Positions 18,264 to 28,026 of a DNA stretch of 38,814 nt are shown here, one piece after another. How positions within the stretch are numbered: position 1 is the first letter of the stretch; each line of letters starts with the position of its first letter. The stretch covers positions 1-38,814 of the forward strand of contig CAYRXA010000020.1 in NCBI GenBank assembly GCA_964428155.1. Reading direction: 5' to 3'. The DNA comes from an uncultured Candidatus Saccharibacteria bacterium (GTDB lineage: Bacteria; Patescibacteriota; Minisyncoccia; UBA6257). The notes below the pieces were generated by a model that was not told the origin of the DNA, did no database searches, and saw only the letters and a program-made list of their open reading frames with translations. A program made the translations under genes and the position numbers.

Positions 18264-18680
18264 ATGACTGATCCAATAGCAGATATGTTAACAAGGATTC
18301 GTAATTCACAAGCAGTTAAAAAAAGAACTGTTGTTATTCCTTATTCTAAAATAAAGTTAGAAATATTAAATGTTTTGTTAAAAAACGATTTTATTAAAAG
18401 TGTTGAAAAAGTAAAAAGAAAAAGTAAAAGTTCCCAAACCGGAACTGGAAAAAAATTTATTGAAATAGAAATTAAATATGATAAGAAAAATCAACCAATA
18501 ATTTCTGAAATAAAAAGAGTTTCAAAGCCTTCAAGGCGTGTCTATGTTCAGGCAAAGGATATCTGGCCTTTTAAAAGAAGATTGGGCTTAAGAGTTCTTT
18601 CTACGCCTAAGGGGATTATTTCTGACATGGAAGCAAAGAAATTAAAAGTTGGCGGAGAAGTATTATTAGAATTGTGGTAA
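18264..18680 (+). CDS. rpsH: 30S ribosomal protein uS8
   Basis: MTDPIADMLTRIRN, STPKG, GGEVL. Confidence 0.99.
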   Translation: MTDPIADMLTRIRNSQAVKKRTVVIPYSKIKLEILNVLLKNDFIKSVEKVKRKSKSSQTGTGKKFIEIEIKYDKKNQPIISEIKRVSKPSRRVYVQAKDIWPFKRRLGLRVLSTPKGIISDMEAKKLKVGGEVLLELW

Positions 18681-18698
18681 AATTTATTTATTATTAGT

Positions 18699-19259
18699 AT
18701 GTCAAGAATAGGAAAAAAACCAATTAATATTCCATCTTCAGTAGAAGTGAGTTTGGAAGAAAATAAGTTAAAAGCAAAAGGCCCAAAAGGAGAAGATTTT
18801 TTTGTTTTCTCTGGTGGTTTTAATGCCGAATTATTCAACATTGATTTAAAAGATAATTTATTGTTTGTTACTCCAAAAAGCAATGAAAAAGATATTTCTG
18901 TTAAATGGGGAACTTTAAGATCTAGAATAAATAATTTAATAGAAGGAGTAGAAAAAGGCTTTTCAAAGCAATTAGAAATTGTTGGAGTTGGTTATCAAGC
19001 AAGTGTTGATGGGAGAAATTTGAACTTAAAATTAGGATACAATCATCCTATCGTTCTTCCAATTACTGAAGGATTAGAAATTAAAGTAGAAAAAAATATT
19101 ATAACTGTTTCTGGTATGTCTAAGGAAAAAGTTGGTCAATTTGCTGCTTTAATTAAATCTAAAAGACCAGTAGAGCCTTATAAAGGGAAAGGAGTTCATT
19201 ATGTTGGTGAAAGGATTCTAAGGAAAGCAGGTAAAAAGGTGACTGGTGGCTCAGAATAA
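18699..19259 (+). CDS. rplF: 50S ribosomal protein uL6
   Basis: MSRIGKKPI, GVGY, EPYKGKG. Confidence 0.99.
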   Translation: MSRIGKKPINIPSSVEVSLEENKLKAKGPKGEDFFVFSGGFNAELFNIDLKDNLLFVTPKSNEKDISVKWGTLRSRINNLIEGVEKGFSKQLEIVGVGYQASVDGRNLNLKLGYNHPIVLPITEGLEIKVEKNIITVSGMSKEKVGQFAALIKSKRPVEPYKGKGVHYVGERILRKAGKKVTGGSE

Positions 19260-19277
19260 GAATAATTCAATAATTTA

Positions 19278-19634
19278 ATGGATAAAAATATTAATAAAAA
19301 ACAAAGAGAAAATAGGCATAGAAAGGTAAGAGCAAAGATTTTTGGCACTCAAGATAGGCCTCGATTTTGTGTTTTTAAATCTAATAAACATATTTATGCC
19401 CAAATTATTAATGATGAAAAAGGAGCAACACTTGCTTCTGCTTCTGATTCAGAAATTAAAGATTCGGAAAAGATTAAAAAATTAGAATTAGCTCAAAAAG
19501 TTGGTGAATTACTGGCTCAAAAAGCAAAAGACAAAAAAATCACACAAGTAGTTTTTGATAGGGGCGGTTTTATTTACCAAGGAAGAATTCAATCTTTAGC
19601 TGATGAAGCAAGAAAAGGAGGTTTAGTGTTTTAA
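19278..19634 (+). CDS. rplR: 50S ribosomal protein uL18
   Basis: SNKHIYAQ, VFDRGG, ARKGGL. Confidence 0.98.
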   Translation: MDKNINKKQRENRHRKVRAKIFGTQDRPRFCVFKSNKHIYAQIINDEKGATLASASDSEIKDSEKIKKLELAQKVGELLAQKAKDKKITQVVFDRGGFIYQGRIQSLADEARKGGLVF

Positions 19635-19651
19635 ATTTTTATAAATAATCT

Positions 19652-20146
19652 ATGGCTTTTAATAAAAAACCACAATTTAACAAAACAGAATTTGAAGAAG
19701 TTGTTTTAGATATTGCCCGAGTAACTAGAGTTGTTGCTGGTGGAAAACGATTAAGTTTTCGAGCAACAGTAGTTATAGGTAAAAAAGACAAGAATCAAGT
19801 AGGCGTTGGTGTTGATAAAGGAAAAGATGTGGCTCAGGCAATACAAAAAGCAAGTAATAAAGCTAAAAAGAACTTAATTACAGTTCCTGTTGTTAATGAT
19901 ACAATTCCGCATGAAATTAAAGAAAAATACAAGGCTGCTAAAATTATTTTAAAACCAGCTCAAAAAGGAAAAGGAATTATTGCTGGTGGAGCAGTAAGAA
20001 CAGTTTTAAAATTAGCAAATGTTCCTAATGCTATAGCAAAAATTTTAGGCAATACTAGTAATGCAATTAATAATGCTCGGGTAACAATTTTAGCCCTTTC
20101 TAAATTAAAAGTTTCTCCTAAGAAAGGCGAGTCAAAAGAAAAATAA
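19652..20146 (+). CDS. rpsE: 30S ribosomal protein uS5
   Basis: RVTRVVAGGKR, GIIAGGAVR. Confidence 0.98.
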   Translation: MAFNKKPQFNKTEFEEVVLDIARVTRVVAGGKRLSFRATVVIGKKDKNQVGVGVDKGKDVAQAIQKASNKAKKNLITVPVVNDTIPHEIKEKYKAAKIILKPAQKGKGIIAGGAVRTVLKLANVPNAIAKILGNTSNAINNARVTILALSKLKVSPKKGESKEK

Positions 20147-20147
20147 T

Positions 20148-20600
20148 ATGCAAATTCATCAATTAATAAAACCAAAAAACAAATCTTCTGAAAGAGAAAA
20201 AAGAAGGATTGGCCGTGGAGGTAAAAGAGGGACTTATTCAGGAAAAGGAATGAAAGGTCAGAAATCTCGAGCTGGAGCTAAAATAAAACCTCAAATAAGA
20301 GAGGTTGTATTAAAGTTTCCTAAAAAAAGAGGTGTTTATTTTAATCCTTTAAAAAAACCTTCAACGATAGTAAAATTAGAACACATTGTTAGTTCTTTTC
20401 CAGAAGGTGGAATTATTGATCCAAAGAAATTAAAAAAAGCAAATTTAATAAAAACTGCAAAAAGTGATCATCGTTCTATTAAAATATTAGGAGCAATCAC
20501 TTTATCAAAAAGTTATACTATTAAGAATTGCTTGGCTTCTCAAAGAGTTAAAGAGGCAATAGAAAAAGCAGGGGGAAAAATAGAATTAAAGAATAAATAA
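20148..20600 (+). CDS. rplO: 50S ribosomal protein uL15
   Basis: RIGRGG, SGKGMKGQKSRAG, IEKAGG. Confidence 0.97.
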   Translation: MQIHQLIKPKNKSSEREKRRIGRGGKRGTYSGKGMKGQKSRAGAKIKPQIREVVLKFPKKRGVYFNPLKKPSTIVKLEHIVSSFPEGGIIDPKKLKKANLIKTAKSDHRSIKILGAITLSKSYTIKNCLASQRVKEAIEKAGGKIELKNK

Positions 20601-20604
20601 AATT

Positions 20605-21876
20605 ATGCTTAAAAATCTCTTATCTTTATTGCGAACTCCTGATTTAAGAAAAAAAGTATTTATTATTTTTCTTCTTTTAGTTGTTTTTAGAATAATGGCA
20701 ACAATTCCTTTGCCAAACGTAGATCAAAATCAATTGCAATTATTCTTAACTTCGAATCAGATATTTGGGCTTTTTAATGTTTTTACTGGTGGTGCTTTTA
20801 AAAATATTTCTATTGCTTTATTAGGAATTGGTCCTTTTATTACCGCTTCTATTATAATGCAATTATTGACAATGGTTTTCCCTTCTTTAAAAGAGCTTTT
20901 AAACGAAGGAACAGAAAAAGAAAGATCAAAATTTATGCAGTATTCACGGTTGTTAACAGTTCCTTTGGCAGCTTTGCAAGGATATGGCTTTTTAAATTTA
21001 TTAAGTCGGCAGGGAGTAATTGTTATTGCTAGTCCTTTAGATTTATTAAGAGATTTAGTTATTGTAGTCACAGCTTCAGTACTTTTGATGTGGCTTGGAG
21101 AATTAATTACTGAGCAAAAATTAGGTAATGGAATCTCTTTGATAATTTTTGCTGGAATTGTTATAGATTTTCCTCGAGAAATTCTTCAGACAATAATAAC
21201 TGTTGATCCTACTAGAGTTCCTAATATGATAGCCTTTTTTGCCTTGGCGCTTTTGACGATTGTGGGAGTTGTTTTTATCTCAAGGGGAGAGAGAAGGATT
21301 CCAGTAAGTTATGCTAAACAAGTAAGGGGAACAAAAATTTATGGTGGAGCTTCTACATATTTGCCTTTAAAAATTAATCAAGCAGGAGTAATTCCTATCA
21401 TTTTTGCTCTTTCTATTTTAATGTTTCCACAAATGATAAGCCAGTTTTTAGTTGGATCTCAAAATCAGTGGTTATTAAAAATTGCTTTATTCTTTCAAGG
21501 ATTTAATCAAGACTCTTTGGTTTATTTACTTTTCTATTTTGGTCTTGTTTTTCTTTTTACTTTTTTCTATACCACGGTTACTTTTAATCCTGAAACAATT
21601 GCTGAAAATTTACAAAAAAGAGGAGGTTTTATACCTGGATATCGACCAGGGCAAACAACTTCAAAGCATTTAGTAAATACGAGTAATAAGGTAACTCTTT
21701 TTGGCGCTATCTTTTTGGGGATTATTGCTATCCTTCCTATAATTATGCAACAAGTTACAGGGATAACTACTTTTGCTATAGGGGGAACTTCTCTTTTAAT
21801 TATGGTAACTGTGGCAATTGAAACTATGGATACAATCGAAGCTCAATTAATAATGCGAGAATATGAAATCTCTTAA
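20605..21876 (+). CDS. secY: Preprotein translocase subunit SecY
   Basis: GIGPFITASIIMQLL, GNGISLIIF, AGVIPIIFA, FIPGYRPG, GGTSLLI. Confidence 0.99.
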   Translation: MLKNLLSLLRTPDLRKKVFIIFLLLVVFRIMATIPLPNVDQNQLQLFLTSNQIFGLFNVFTGGAFKNISIALLGIGPFITASIIMQLLTMVFPSLKELLNEGTEKERSKFMQYSRLLTVPLAALQGYGFLNLLSRQGVIVIASPLDLLRDLVIVVTASVLLMWLGELITEQKLGNGISLIIFAGIVIDFPREILQTIITVDPTRVPNMIAFFALALLTIVGVVFISRGERRIPVSYAKQVRGTKIYGGASTYLPLKINQAGVIPIIFALSILMFPQMISQFLVGSQNQWLLKIALFFQGFNQDSLVYLLFYFGLVFLFTFFYTTVTFNPETIAENLQKRGGFIPGYRPGQTTSKHLVNTSNKVTLFGAIFLGIIAILPIIMQQVTGITTFAIGGTSLLIMVTVAIETMDTIEAQLIMREYEIS

Positions 21877-22516
21877 TATTATTCTATTAGGGCGATCAGG
21901 TTCAGGGAAAGGGACGCAGGCAGAATTATTATTAAAAAAATTTTCTTTAGTAAACATAGATACAGGTGATATTTTGCGAAGTTTAGCAAAAAGAAAAGAT
22001 GATTTTGGTAAAAATATTTTAAAAGATATATCAAAAGGAAACTTAGTTCCTCTTTGGCTGGTTATTTATTGTTGGTTAAATAAATTTCTTAAAATTTCTT
22101 CTGAGAAGGGGATAATTATGGAAGGAAGTCCTCGTTTATTAGATGAAGCAAAAATATTAGAAGAAGTTCTTTCTTGGTTTGGCCGTAAAAAATTAATAGT
22201 TATTTATTTAAAAACTTCAGAAAAAGAAGTTAGTGAAAGATTATTAAATAGAAGAATTTGTCCTAAGTGTCATTTAGAATATTCTTTAAAATTAGATCCT
22301 GGTATTAAAAAGTGTTCTCGTTGCGGAGCAAAGTTAATTCGGAGACATGATGATTATCCAAAAGCAATAAAAAACAGAATGCTATTTTTTAAGAAAAATA
22401 TTATTCCAGTTATTAATTATTTCCGAAAGAAAAAAATGTTAATTGAAGTTGAAGGAGAGGGATCGGTAGAAGAAATTCATCAAAATATTTTAAAGAAATT
22501 AAAAAAGAGAAATTAA
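21863..22516 (+). CDS. adk: Adenylate kinase with zinc-binding LID
   Basis: GRSGSGKGTQA P-loop, EGSPR, CPKC/CSRC, RHDD; lies between secY and map. Confidence 0.9.
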   Translation: MKSLNIILLGRSGSGKGTQAELLLKKFSLVNIDTGDILRSLAKRKDDFGKNILKDISKGNLVPLWLVIYCWLNKFLKISSEKGIIMEGSPRLLDEAKILEEVLSWFGRKKLIVIYLKTSEKEVSERLLNRRICPKCHLEYSLKLDPGIKKCSRCGAKLIRRHDDYPKAIKNRMLFFKKNIIPVINYFRKKKMLIEVEGEGSVEEIHQNILKKLKKRN

Positions 22517-22517
22517 A

Positions 22518-23270
22518 ATGAAAAGTGCTCAAGAAATTAAAATTTTACGTGAGGGAGGTCAAAAATTATCTTTAACTTTAAAAAAAGTAGCAAAGTTAGT
22601 AAAACCAGGTGTTAACGCAGAAGATCTAGATAAATTATCCTTTAAGCTTATTAATCAAGAGGGGGGCAAGCCTTCATTTTTAAATTATCAACCTGATTTT
22701 GCTGATAAGCCTTTTCCAAAAAGCATGTGCGTTTCTATTAATGAAACAGTAGTTCATGGAGTTCCTTCCGAAACGATGATCTTAAAAGAGGGTGATATAG
22801 TCTCTTTAGATTTGGGCATGGAATATAAAGGCCTTTTTACTGATATGGCAATAACAATGGGGGTAGGAAAAATAAACCCTCAACTTGAAAAATTAATAAA
22901 GGTAACCAGAGAATCTTTAGAGAGAGCGATTAAAGCTTCAAAAGTAAATAATACAATAGGAGATATTGGCTATGCTATTCAAGATTATGTTGAAAAAAAT
23001 GGGTTAGCAGTGGTTACTAGCTTAGTTGGTCATGGAGTTGGTTATGCACCTCATGAAGAGCCAGCTGTTTTAAATTTTGGTACTCCAGGGCAAGGATTAA
23101 AATTAGAGCCAGGTTTAGTAATAGCAATTGAGCCAATGGTTACTTTTGAAAATGGAGCAGTAAAAGAAAAAAAAGATGGTAGTTTTGTGACAATTAATGG
23201 TCAAGTAGCATGTCATTTTGAACACACAATAGCAATTACTGAAAAAGGGCCGATTGTGATTACAAGATAA
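22518..23270 (+). CDS. map: Methionine aminopeptidase type I
   Basis: SINETVVHGVP, GHGVG, AIEPM, HFEHT. Confidence 0.97.
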   Translation: MKSAQEIKILREGGQKLSLTLKKVAKLVKPGVNAEDLDKLSFKLINQEGGKPSFLNYQPDFADKPFPKSMCVSINETVVHGVPSETMILKEGDIVSLDLGMEYKGLFTDMAITMGVGKINPQLEKLIKVTRESLERAIKASKVNNTIGDIGYAIQDYVEKNGLAVVTSLVGHGVGYAPHEEPAVLNFGTPGQGLKLEPGLVIAIEPMVTFENGAVKEKKDGSFVTINGQVACHFEHTIAITEKGPIVITR

Positions 23271-23283
23271 AAGGATATTGTAA

Positions 23284-23335
23284 TTGACTTTTTGTAATAA
23301 ATATGGTAATATATAAATGTCTTTTTAAGACATTT
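23284..23335 (+). promoter_or_regulatory. Promoter with adjacent inverted repeat
   Basis: TTGACT, 17 nt, TAATAT with TG extension; AAATGTCTT-TTT-AAGACATTT at 23315-23335. Confidence 0.55.
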
Positions 23336-23382
23336 TTTAAGTTCTTTTAAAATTTTAAAATATTAAAAAAGAGGTGAAAGAA

Positions 23383-23553
23383 ATGGAGAGAAAAGAAAAA
23401 ACATATAAAGATATTGTGTTTGAAAAAGTTAATTCTAGAAAATTAACTTTAGAAAGAGCGATAAAACTATGGCGAGAAATAAGAGTTCATAGTGAGTGTA
23501 ATGCAAATAATGAAATGATTTTGTTGAGCTTATCAGTTGAAGATTTAAATTAA
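23383..23553 (+). CDS. 56-aa hypothetical protein (absent from the ORF track)
   Basis: GAGGTG RBS at 23371-23376; MERKEKTYKDIVFEKVNSRKLTLERAIKLWREIRVHSECNANNEMILLSLSVEDLN*. Confidence 0.6.
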   Translation: MERKEKTYKDIVFEKVNSRKLTLERAIKLWREIRVHSECNANNEMILLSLSVEDLN

Positions 23554-23583
23554 AGATTTAGATTTTAGAAAAGGAGGATTTAA

Positions 23584-23859
23584 ATGAAAACTATATTTCA
23601 AAAAATGTGCACGATTGCAGTTATCCTGTATTTATTTTTCCCTTTTTTAGCTCAAACTTGGAAAGAAATAGTCTTTTTTTACAAAGAAATAATGAATAAT
23701 CTGTCTGCTATAATAGCGGGAAATATTTTTTACAGTATTGCTTTAGGTGTTTTTGCAATTGTTTTGATTTTGTGGATTCTTCATGATGATGATAGCAGTC
23801 AAGAACAAGAAGAGGAAAAAAAGGAAAAAGAGAATATAGCAACACAGCAAGAGCAATAG
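23584..23859 (+). CDS. 91-aa hypothetical membrane protein with acidic/Gln-rich tail
   Basis: AAGGAGG RBS; two hydrophobic segments followed by DDDSSQEQEEEKK. Confidence 0.7.
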   Translation: MKTIFQKMCTIAVILYLFFPFLAQTWKEIVFFYKEIMNNLSAIIAGNIFYSIALGVFAIVLILWILHDDDSSQEQEEEKKEKENIATQQEQ

Positions 23860-23876
23860 GCATTGAAAGAATGCTT

Positions 23877-23905
23877 AGCCCTGACTTTAATAGTTGGGGC
23901 TTTTT
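23877..23905 (+). terminator. Intrinsic terminator
   Basis: AGCCCTGACT-TTAAT-AGTTGGGGCT-TTTT. Confidence 0.7.
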
Positions 23906-23936
23906 ATTTTCTTAAATTTTGGTATAATATTTAATA

Positions 23937-24395
23937 ATGAATGAGCTTTGGACCATTATTATAGCTGCCTCTCCAATAGTTGAGTTAAGGGGAGCGATTC
24001 CTGTAGCCATGGGAATTTTTTATTTTTCTTGGCTAAAAGCTTTAATTTTAAGTTTAATTGGTAATCTTTTGCCAATAATTCCTATTATTTGGTTTTTAGG
24101 AAAATTATCTGATTATTTAAGTAAAAAATTTGTATTTTTTAATAATTTTTTTAATTGGTTATTTGAAAGAACAAGGAAAAGAACTGCTAATAGCCTTAAT
24201 CGTTGGGGTAAATGGGCTTTAATTTTTTTTGTTGCTATTCCTTTACCTTTCACTGGGGTTTGGACAGCCTCTGTAGCAGCTTTTCTATTTGGGATTAAAT
24301 ATCGTCAAGCTTTTTGGTTTATTAGTTTAGGAGCAGTTTTAGCTGGGATTTTGGTTACTATTTTGACTTATTTTGGTATTATTATATTATCTTAA
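23937..24395 (+). CDS. COG2426-like small multidrug-export family membrane protein
   Basis: PIVELRGAIP and FVAIPLPFTGVWT motifs. Confidence 0.85.
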   Translation: MNELWTIIIAASPIVELRGAIPVAMGIFYFSWLKALILSLIGNLLPIIPIIWFLGKLSDYLSKKFVFFNNFFNWLFERTRKRTANSLNRWGKWALIFFVAIPLPFTGVWTASVAAFLFGIKYRQAFWFISLGAVLAGILVTILTYFGIIILS

Positions 24396-24411
24396 ATAAC
24401 TTATGTAGATT

Positions 24412-25179
24412 ATGGAAAAACTTATTATTTTTAATTTCAAAATGGCACCATCTTCTTTAGCAGAAGCTAAAAATGTTTTTCAAATTTTTAATAAATTTTC
24501 ATCAAAAATTAAAAAACACAAATTAGTAACAGTGCCACCATATATATTCTTAGCAGAGGCAAAAGAGGTTTTAGGAAAAAAATGTTTTTTAGGGGCTCAA
24601 AATGTATTTTGGTTTGATCGTTATTCTGTTACTGGAGAAATTTCACCAAAAATGTTGAAATTATTAAAATCTCAATATGTTATTATTGGTCATTCTGAAC
24701 GTCGAGAATATTTACAGGAAACAGAAGCAATGATTAATCTAAAAATAAAGACTTGCTTAAAAGATGGCTTGAAGCCAATTCTTTGTATTGGAGAAAAAGA
24801 AAGAAAAGGCAAAGATTCTTCATCTTCTTTTTCAGTTAAAAAAATTCTTTTTGAACAATTAAACCATGCTTTTCAAGGAGCGCAAATAAAGAAATCTTCA
24901 GATTTAGTTATTGCTTATGAACCAATTTGGGCTATTGGTAGTGGAAAATCTCAAGATTTAGTAGAAGTTGAAAAAACAATTTCTCTTATTCGTTTTTGGT
25001 TGGCCCGTCGTTTTTCAGAAAAATTAGCAAAAAATTTACCAATTATCTATGGAGGCTCAGTTAATGCTCAGAATATTCTTTCTTTTCTTAAGCTAAAAGA
25101 GGGCGCTGGGGTTTTGGTCGGTGGCGCCAGTACTAATAAAAATGAATTAATAAAAATTTTAAAACAATTAATAAAATAA
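24412..25179 (+). CDS. tpiA: Triosephosphate isomerase
   Basis: NFKM, GHSERR, AYEPIWAIG, YGGSV, LVGGAS. Confidence 0.97.
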   Translation: MEKLIIFNFKMAPSSLAEAKNVFQIFNKFSSKIKKHKLVTVPPYIFLAEAKEVLGKKCFLGAQNVFWFDRYSVTGEISPKMLKLLKSQYVIIGHSERREYLQETEAMINLKIKTCLKDGLKPILCIGEKERKGKDSSSSFSVKKILFEQLNHAFQGAQIKKSSDLVIAYEPIWAIGSGKSQDLVEVEKTISLIRFWLARRFSEKLAKNLPIIYGGSVNAQNILSFLKLKEGAGVLVGGASTNKNELIKILKQLIK

Positions 25180-25185
25180 AAAACA

Positions 25186-25986
25186 ATGGATCAAAATAAA
25201 CAAAAACAATTAGCCACCGTTTTGACATTTTTTTTGATTATTCTTAGCATTAGTGTTTTGAGCTGGGGTTATTATAATTATAGACAAGCACAAAACATTA
25301 TTAATCCAGAAAGAGTTATTTCTTTTTCTGCTGAAGGCAAGGTTGTAGCAAAGCCAGATATTGCCAAGATTGTTATTAGCGTTATTACTCAGGGAGAAAA
25401 AGCAGAAACAGTACAGACAGAAAATAATGAAAAAATGGAAGAAGCGATTACTTTTATTAAGGAGCAAGGAATAGATGAAGATGATATTAAGACAGTTCGT
25501 TATTCTTTAAATCCTCAGTATGACTATAATTGGTGTCATGAGGGAGCAGCAGAAGCTACTTACTATCGTTCTTGTCCTCCAAAAATCATAGGTTATCAAT
25601 TAGACCAAGGAGTAGAAGTAAAAATGAGAGATTTTGAAAAAATAAATATCATTATTGGTGGATTATCAGATAAAGGAATTAATAAAATCTCTACTGTTAG
25701 TTTTGAAATTGATGATCCAGAAGCATATAGAAATGAAGCTCGTATTCAAGCTTTAAATAAAATAGAAGAAAGAGCTCTTTTGTTAAGTCAAAAAACCTCT
25801 ATTCGCTTAGGAAGGATTGTTGCTATTTCAGAAGGACAGTCTATTTATCCTATATATCGAGAAGCTTTAGATATGGAAAAAGCAATGACTGGATCTTCTG
25901 AAGAGAATATAGTGCCTTCAGCTCCAATAGAGTCTGGTACAGAAGAAGTGAGCATTACCTTAAGTGTTACTTATGAGTTAAGGTAA
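25186..25986 (+). CDS. SIMPL (DUF541) domain protein with N-terminal membrane anchor
   Basis: AEGKVVAKPDIA, DIKT..YSLNPQY, LGRIVAISE, C-terminal VSITLSVTYEL. Confidence 0.85.
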   Translation: MDQNKQKQLATVLTFFLIILSISVLSWGYYNYRQAQNIINPERVISFSAEGKVVAKPDIAKIVISVITQGEKAETVQTENNEKMEEAITFIKEQGIDEDDIKTVRYSLNPQYDYNWCHEGAAEATYYRSCPPKIIGYQLDQGVEVKMRDFEKINIIIGGLSDKGINKISTVSFEIDDPEAYRNEARIQALNKIEERALLLSQKTSIRLGRIVAISEGQSIYPIYREALDMEKAMTGSSEENIVPSAPIESGTEEVSITLSVTYELR

Positions 25987-26004
25987 AATAAATGATTTCT
26001 TTTT

Positions 26005-27189
26005 ATGTCTTTAAGACCTTTTGATTCTTTAGATGTTTTTCAAAAAAGAGTTTTATTAAGAGTGGATTTTAATGTTCCTCTTGAGCAAAATAAGATTTTG
26101 GATGATTTTCGAATTCAACAAACTTTGCCAACAATTAAATTGTTAAAAGAGAAAAAAGCAAAGAAAATTATATTGGTTTCTCATTTAGGTCGCCCTTTAA
26201 AACAAGATAAAAAATTTAGCCTTAAGCCAGTATTTGATTGTTTAGAAGGGCTAATTGATGAAAAGATATATTTTTTAAAGACACCTATTGGTAAAGAACT
26301 TTCAGAAAAAATAATGAAATTGCCTGATAATTCAATAATTCTTTTAGAAAATATTCGTTTTTATCAAGAAGAAAAAGAAAATGATAAAAATTTTGCTAAA
26401 GAGTTAGCAAAAATAGCTGATTGTTTTATTAATGAAGCATTTTCTGTTTCTCATCGTGAGGTATCTTCTTTGTGTGCAATTACAGAATTTTTACCTAGTT
26501 ATTCAGGGAAATTATTAGAAAAAGAAATAGCTAATTTAGATAAAATTCTAAAAAATCCAGAAAAACCGTTAGTAATAGTTTTAGGTGGGGCAAAAACTAA
26601 AGATAAATTACCGTTAATAAAAGAATTTTTAGAAAAGGCAGACTATATTTTATTAGGAGGAGTAATCGCTAATACTGTTTTAAAAGCTAATGATTTTTCT
26701 ATTGGTCAGTCGTTTTTTGAGAAAGAAGTTATTGGTGAAGCTAAAGAAATAGGTTCTAAAAAAGCTGAAGTAGTTTTGCCTGGAGATTTTGTGGTTTTAA
26801 ATAAAGAAAATAAGACGCAAATAAAGGAACTAGGTTTAGTTGACGATAAAGATAGTATTTTTGATATTGGTCCAATGACTATTAATAGTTTTTCTAAGAT
26901 TGTTTCTGAAGCAAAGACAGTGTTTTTTAATGGCCCAATGGGTAAGTTTGAAGATACAAGATTTAGCAAAGGGACTAGTGAAGTATTGAAAGCTATTTTA
27001 GGGAACAATAAGGCGTTTTCTGTAATTGGTGGAGGAGAAACAATCGCTAGCTTTAAGAAGTTGAATTCTAAATTTAAAATCCTAGATTCTGTGTTTTTAT
27101 CTACTGGTGGCGGAGCCATACTAGAATATCTTGCTGGCAAACCATTGCCTGGTTTAAAAGCTTTAAAAAATTTAAACAAAACATTATAA
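26005..27189 (+). CDS. pgk: Phosphoglycerate kinase
   Basis: RVDFNVP, SHLGRP, LLENIRF, NGPMG, STGGGA.LEYL. Confidence 0.98.
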   Translation: MSLRPFDSLDVFQKRVLLRVDFNVPLEQNKILDDFRIQQTLPTIKLLKEKKAKKIILVSHLGRPLKQDKKFSLKPVFDCLEGLIDEKIYFLKTPIGKELSEKIMKLPDNSIILLENIRFYQEEKENDKNFAKELAKIADCFINEAFSVSHREVSSLCAITEFLPSYSGKLLEKEIANLDKILKNPEKPLVIVLGGAKTKDKLPLIKEFLEKADYILLGGVIANTVLKANDFSIGQSFFEKEVIGEAKEIGSKKAEVVLPGDFVVLNKENKTQIKELGLVDDKDSIFDIGPMTINSFSKIVSEAKTVFFNGPMGKFEDTRFSKGTSEVLKAILGNNKAFSVIGGGETIASFKKLNSKFKILDSVFLSTGGGAILEYLAGKPLPGLKALKNLNKTL

Positions 27190-28016
27190 TGATTGTTTTT
27201 TATCATAGAAATTGTCCTGATGGATTTGCTTCTGCTTGGACTGCTTGGAAAAAATTTAAAGATAAGGCTAAATATTTTTCTTTAAATTATCAGGCTCCTT
27301 TTGAGTATACTTTTCGAAGAGAAAAAATTTATTTTTTTGATGTGATTCCAGAAAGAAAAGTTTTAGAAGATTTAATTAAAAAAGATAATGAAATTACAAT
27401 AATAGATCATCATCTTAGCGCAAAAAGGATTTTAGATCTCAATGAGCTTGAAAATGTAGAAATAATTCTTGATATGAAACGCGCCGCTTCAGTTTTAGTC
27501 TGGCAATATTTTTTTCCAAAAAAAGAAATACCTAAATTGTTGCTTTATGTAGAAGATATGGATTTATGGAAATTTAAACAATCTTATACACGAGAAATTT
27601 TAGCAACTATTAATTTAACAGATTTTGATTTTAAAAAATGGGATAAATTAACAAAAGAAATTGAAGATAAAAAAACAAGAAAAAAACATATTGAAGCTGG
27701 GAAAAAGATTATTGAATATCAAAATAAATTAATAGAGGAAATGGTTCAAGAAGCCAAGGAAGTAAAGATAGGGAAGTATAAAGCTTTGGCAGTTAATTCA
27801 TCAATTTTAATTTCTGAGATAGGAGCAGCTTTGATAAAAAAAATGCCCCCCTTGGCCATTATTTGGTTTAAAACAGGAAAAGAAAAAAGGGTTTCTTTGC
27901 GATCTAATGGTAAGGTTGATGTTTCTAAGATTGCAGAAAAATATGGTGGTGGTGGCCATAAAAAAGCAGCTGGCTTTGGTCTAGCTGAAAAAGAACCTTT
28001 TCCTTGGAAAGAATAA
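27189..28016 (+). CDS. DHH/DHHA1 family phosphoesterase
   Basis: YH..CPDG, IDHH, D.DLW, VSLRS, GGGGHKKAAG. Confidence 0.9.
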   Translation: MIVFYHRNCPDGFASAWTAWKKFKDKAKYFSLNYQAPFEYTFRREKIYFFDVIPERKVLEDLIKKDNEITIIDHHLSAKRILDLNELENVEIILDMKRAASVLVWQYFFPKKEIPKLLLYVEDMDLWKFKQSYTREILATINLTDFDFKKWDKLTKEIEDKKTRKKHIEAGKKIIEYQNKLIEEMVQEAKEVKIGKYKALAVNSSILISEIGAALIKKMPPLAIIWFKTGKEKRVSLRSNGKVDVSKIAEKYGGGGHKKAAGFGLAEKEPFPWKE

Positions 28017-28026
28017 TATATTTATT

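Noticed and set aside
8390-26706. Antisense or alternate-frame ORFs in the track starting at 8390, 8855, 9961, 13184, 16466, 17513, 18548, 19960, 20757, 21482, 25210 and 26706
   Set aside because: Shadows of well-conserved genes, with no motifs or expression signals
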